Shown here: positions 59,168 through 64,000 of the stretch, piece by piece
How the letters are laid out: every line of letters begins with the position of its first letter
How positions within the stretch are numbered: the first letter of the stretch is position 1
Source: Eledone cirrhosa
Taxonomy: Eukaryota
Reading direction: 5' to 3'
NCBI GenBank assembly: GCA_964016885.1
Contig: OZ024751.1
Coordinates: forward strand, 8,680,001 to 8,744,000
DNA length: 64,000 bases
Made by a program: the position numbers and the translations under genes
Notes under the pieces: generated by a model
Database searches by the model: none
Told to the model about the DNA's origin: nothing
Seen by the model: only the letters and a program-made list of their open reading frames with translations

Positions 59168-60325
59168 TGATTTCTATAAATCTCTGTGAAGTTTATTCTT
59201 GTTCTTTGACCTTCATTATGATATATGAAGATACTGGTGTGATATACTCAGTGATTTACAGCTAGCTGCAAGTGAATTATTCAGCTATATTCTTACTTCT
59301 ATTCAATATCACTCACATGATATATGTTCATCATTTTGAAACTATGGAGAGATACACCTGCCCAATATAACACACAATGGTTATACAACAATTTATAATA
59401 TCATATTGTTATCTTTCTAATGTTTGTATACAAGTAAATATTCTAGTATCCGACATAATGTTCCACGCTTCAAAAATATGCAATATGCTTCTTTTAATCT
59501 GTTTAATGATTAATATTTTTTCAATCATTATACATTTTCTAATCTATAATATTATCCAGTATAACGAAGATATATAATAGAACTATAAATTTGACCGTAA
59601 CAAAGTTCCACTTTTTATTTTAACATTCTAAGCAAGGAAAACTTGATTTAAAGATTTCCTTTTTATTATCATATTTATATAATTATTCAACCACTCATCA
59701 AAAGACCAGATACATATTATGTAATATATCATGATTTATCATTTTAATTGCTTTGTTTATTATAGATTATTTCTCCCAAAGATAGCTGTCTGTCACCTCC
59801 CTTTCAATAATGTTTCTTAATTATGTACTCATTACATTATCCTTAATCAGTCATTGATTCTATCATATATATTTCGGGATGTTTCTAACCTAATCGATTC
59901 CAATTTATAACCAATTTCCCCTTCTCAGATGTTTATTTTACGATGTGTATTTTTCATAATATTCCATAACCTTCCACCAATCAGAATTTAACCCAGTGTA
60001 TCTAACAACATGCTTTCATTTAAACTCGTATTATATATTTGTATGGTGGTTTATCGATCTCATCATTCTGCTCTTCTAATACATGATTTGCTTTTAATAA
60101 CTAATTGTACATCGAAACATAGAGATTATTAATTTGCCACAACCTTGGAATGAGTAGTCATATTCTTAGACTATGATGTGATGTTTTTAAAATTATTTTT
60201 ATTCTATTTCACTACACATATGAACAATAGTTGTCTGGCACAAAATTCCGATAACTAGCTATAATCTGAATATATATTTATATGTTCATATAGATTAATA
60301 TATGTGTGTATATAAAAATAATAAT

Positions 60326-60364
<39 letters not shown>

Positions 60365-60382
60365 CGTGTGTGTGTGTGTGTG

Positions 60383-61777
60383 TCAAATTAGATGAGATGC
60401 AGTTTGGTTTTGTGCCTGGGAAAAGTACAACGGATGCCCTCTTCTTAGTGAGACAACTACAAGAGAGCTTATGTGAGAAGAATAAGCCACTATAATTAGC
60501 TTTTGTTGACCTAGAGAAGGCTTTTGATAGGGTACCAAGATCTGTCATCTGGTGGTCCCTAAGGAAACTAGGTGTAGAGAAATGGCTTGTGAGGACAGTG
60601 CAAGCTACGTACAGAGGTGCTGTCAGTAAAGTGAAAGTAGGAATGGAGTTTAGTGAGGAAGTCCAGATACAAGAAGGTGTATATCAGGGTTGGTCTTCAG
60701 CCCACTCTTGTTCATTATAGTTCTCCAAGCCAGAACAGACAAATTTAAGACGGGCTGCCCATGGGAACCTCTCTATGCTGATGATATGGTTCTTATAGCA
60801 GAATCAGTACAGGAGCTAGAGAAGAAATTCTGGCTATGGAAATAGCAGTTGGAATCAAGAGGACTTAGAGTGAACATAGCTAAGACAAAAGTGTTGATAA
60901 GTAGAAAAGAGGACAAAACTCTAATCAAGGAAATGGCCATGTTCCATATATTGAAAAGGAACTTGCATAAATTCTATAAAATGTACGAAATGCAGATCTT
61001 AAGTACACAAGAGATGTAGTGGGATAGCAGGCAAACTAGCAGGTAGGGAATACTACGTATGAAGTAGATGTACAGGGAAAGTTGACAGTAGTAATCGCAG
61101 TGATAGACACCCTTTTCAAATGCATGTGGGTTCTATAGAAGTGGTTGATAGCTTGCGGTACCGAGGTGATCAGAGTAGCATGGAAGGTGGGGGGGGGGGG
61201 GTTCCGAGGACGTAGAATCTAGAATAAAAATGCGTTGGAAAAAGTTTAGGGAGCTGCTTCCTCTGTTGAGAAAGAAGGGCTTCTCCCTGCGTACGAAAGG
61301 TAGGTAATATGATGCCTGTGTGAGATGCGCGATGCTGCATGATAGTGTGACATGGGAAGCAACTGCAGAGGATATGCGACGGCTGGAGAGAAATGAATCC
61401 AGCATACTCTGTTGGATGTGCAGTGTCAATGTGCGTCAACGACCAAGCATAGATGAGTTGAGAGAGAAACTGGGTATAAGAGGGATAAGTTGTGGTGTGC
61501 AGGTGAGAAGACTGAGATGGTATGGACATGTGATACGCATGGAGGATGACAGTTGGGTAAAGAAGTACCAAAAAATCCCAGTAGAAGGAAGCTGCAGTAG
61601 GGGAAGACCACGAACAACATTGGCGGAGGTTGTGAGAGCAGACCTCAGACCGCTGAAACTCACGGAGGAGATGGCGAAGAACCGTGACAAGTGGAGAGAT
61701 GCTGTACTGAATAGGACCCGCCCAACCCTTGCAAGCAGGGAAAAGCGGACGTAAAATGATGATGATGCTGATGATGG
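60383..61777 (+). mobile_element. 5'-truncated decayed RTE-clade LINE with a (GAT)n tail
   Basis: QFGFVPGKSTTDALF, FVDLEKAFDRVPR, GCPWEPLYADD, GLRVNIAKTK, LRWYGHVIRM, RGRPRTT; stop at 61754, then atgatgatgatg. Confidence 0.92.
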
Positions 61778-63918
61778 TGTGTGTGTGGGGGGGGGGGGGG
61801 GGGGGGGGTATTAGTTTACCCTTTGTTGCAACTCTAATTTTCGCTATCATTGATCGGGAAATGAGAAATCACTCCTTCATTGTAAATAAGTGTCCAGATA
61901 TTGTAAAAATTAAAATGAATTATAGCAATACAGTGTCATGTAAAGTTAAGTGATCGGAAGGAAGCTTTAAAGCTAAGTAACACCGGTAAATAATCTCAGT
62001 AAATCAATATATATATATATAAATATATATATGAGCCGCCTTCTTCGTAAAATGGGAAGAACCATCTCAAACCTTCAGATTCATGACACGTCAAAACGTA
62101 GCCACACATCTCTCCACCTAAGTTAACTTTTGAAATTCCTGCACACGTGAAATCAGTATGGTAATTATTGATAAATCTTCTTAAATACTCCAATTGCATT
62201 TCAAACTTCTTTTTCATTTGTGTACGTGTTCACACACGTATTGAACGTATTGACCGTGTTTCCTCGTGTAAGAAGTCTTTATATCGTATTGAAGTAGTCT
62301 TTATTATCTTCTGTATGAGAGTAGCCGTTAATGCATATTATATGGAAGTAATGTTTACTATTTGGGGTAGGCTTTAAAGTATAATGTATAGATATCGGTT
62401 TTAATGTTTAGTGTATAGGAGAAAGCTTTACAGTAACGTTTATTGAATAAATTGTTATGATATAGTGTATGGGCATTAACACAAAGTGTATGAGTATAGG
62501 ATATTTAGTATATAGTGTGTGGTTTCATGTTGAATATGGAAATAGGTCTTTATTTATTTCTTGAAATCGTAGTGGGGACATTCTTATACATCGTTCAGGA
62601 ACAGTATAATCTTTTGCTGTGGATTTGAATTACCAAGATTTCACTTCTGAAGTTCCAGCTAGTTTTCAAGAATGTCTCTTTTTTTTTAGTTTTTTAGTTA
62701 ATCTCATATACAATCCGATTACCAGGAAACCTTAAATTTAATAACAATAAACGCTTTCTGAAAAACAAGAAATAAGATAAATTTGAAAACCAATTACGTA
62801 TTTTTTTTCAAAAAAGTTCTGAATCTTACAGGAAAACTTATTAACAAAGTATTTTCCTCGTTTTACAAATTGAATTGATTTTATTTAAATAATTTCTTCT
62901 GTCAAATTATTCCTATATTTCTATGTTTTTTTTTTTTTAGTTTCTTTCAAAATCATTAATCTTGTATCCTTGAAATACTTAGTCCTGGAGATATGAGTGA
63001 ATTTTCGAAAATATCTTGGAAATTCCGAGAGAAAAATAATCAATATATTTTTTATTTCATTTATATTTTTGTCAACACACGTTTTCAATTTTTACGTAAT
63101 TAGCGTTTCTGCCGTAGTTTCATGACAAATATAAAACGGTGTGTGTGCGTATGTACATGTGTGGTTTTGCGTGCGTATTCATGCGTGTGCGTTTTTGTGT
63201 GTGCTTGTGCTTGTGTATGAATGCGTGTGCTTGTTTGTGTGTATGTATGTGCGTACAAATTGGTGGATCATGAATAAAAGACATCTGTTTCTTCGAGATT
63301 TTCTATGGCTTTGTTAATATTCGGTTTATGATTAGCTGGCAAGAGAACCATCAAAAACAACGGCTCATTCGTATCAAAAAGAAGATTATAATAGGGAAAG
63401 TTGTTCAAATTTCATCCCAGGAAATTAAAAATCTCTGATGTCACAAATCCCATTGAAGTACATAAATTACTCTTATTGCATTACTTTTATAATTTTCATA
63501 CAAATATAAATTGTTTCTTTTTAACTACACTTTCATATTAAGCTAAACATATTCCTATTCTCATATGTACAAGGCATTTTCTTCTTCCAAGTATTTCACA
63601 AAGGTTGGCCTAGACGTTTCATTAACAGCTTTACAGCATTTCTTTTGCGTGATTATTGAATTTCAACATCTTACAGAAAAACAAAAAACAGATTTTACTG
63701 GATACCATTCACTAACACTGCATGAAATCCTTCACACCAAAATACACATCTGCATAAAATTAATCATTACACATTTACTCTTTTCTTCTTTGCTGCTTCG
63801 ATTTTATATTGATTGAGGCCTTCATGTCTTATCCTACGTATACACATACATACATATATATATATATACATATGCATATATATATATATATATGTATATA
63901 CATATATATATATATATG

Positions 63919-63982
<64 letters not shown>

Positions 63983-64000
63983 TATACATATATATACATA

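Overview
Eukaryotic, gene-free, extremely (TA)n-rich window, most likely from an octopus genome (inferred from an octopus-type tRNA-derived SINE and the repeat landscape). It is dominated by Penelope-like retroelements (PLEs). These are one full-length Naiad-type element with an uninterrupted RT+GIY-YIG ORF, one near-intact Neptune-type element with direct pLTRs, two decayed PLE ORFs and many short inverted PLE 3'-end insertions. There are also three decayed LINEs (Ingi/Vingi-like, CR1-like, RTE), two SINEs and a foldback element. Reading by eye gives about 20 type I hammerhead ribozyme (HHR) motifs of about 9 sequence families. The most notable item is a non-coding ~470-500 bp tandem array (32.3-37.4 kb). 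Each monomer carries a minimal HHR with a palindromic stem III, an ATGCAAAT octamer and a weak PSE-like element. It looks like a candidate cephalopod retrozyme/circRNA system mobilised by PLEs, and part of it is a higher-order dimer alternating intact and core-mutated ribozymes. Nearly all YIYI/CVCV ORFs in the track are microsatellite artefacts.
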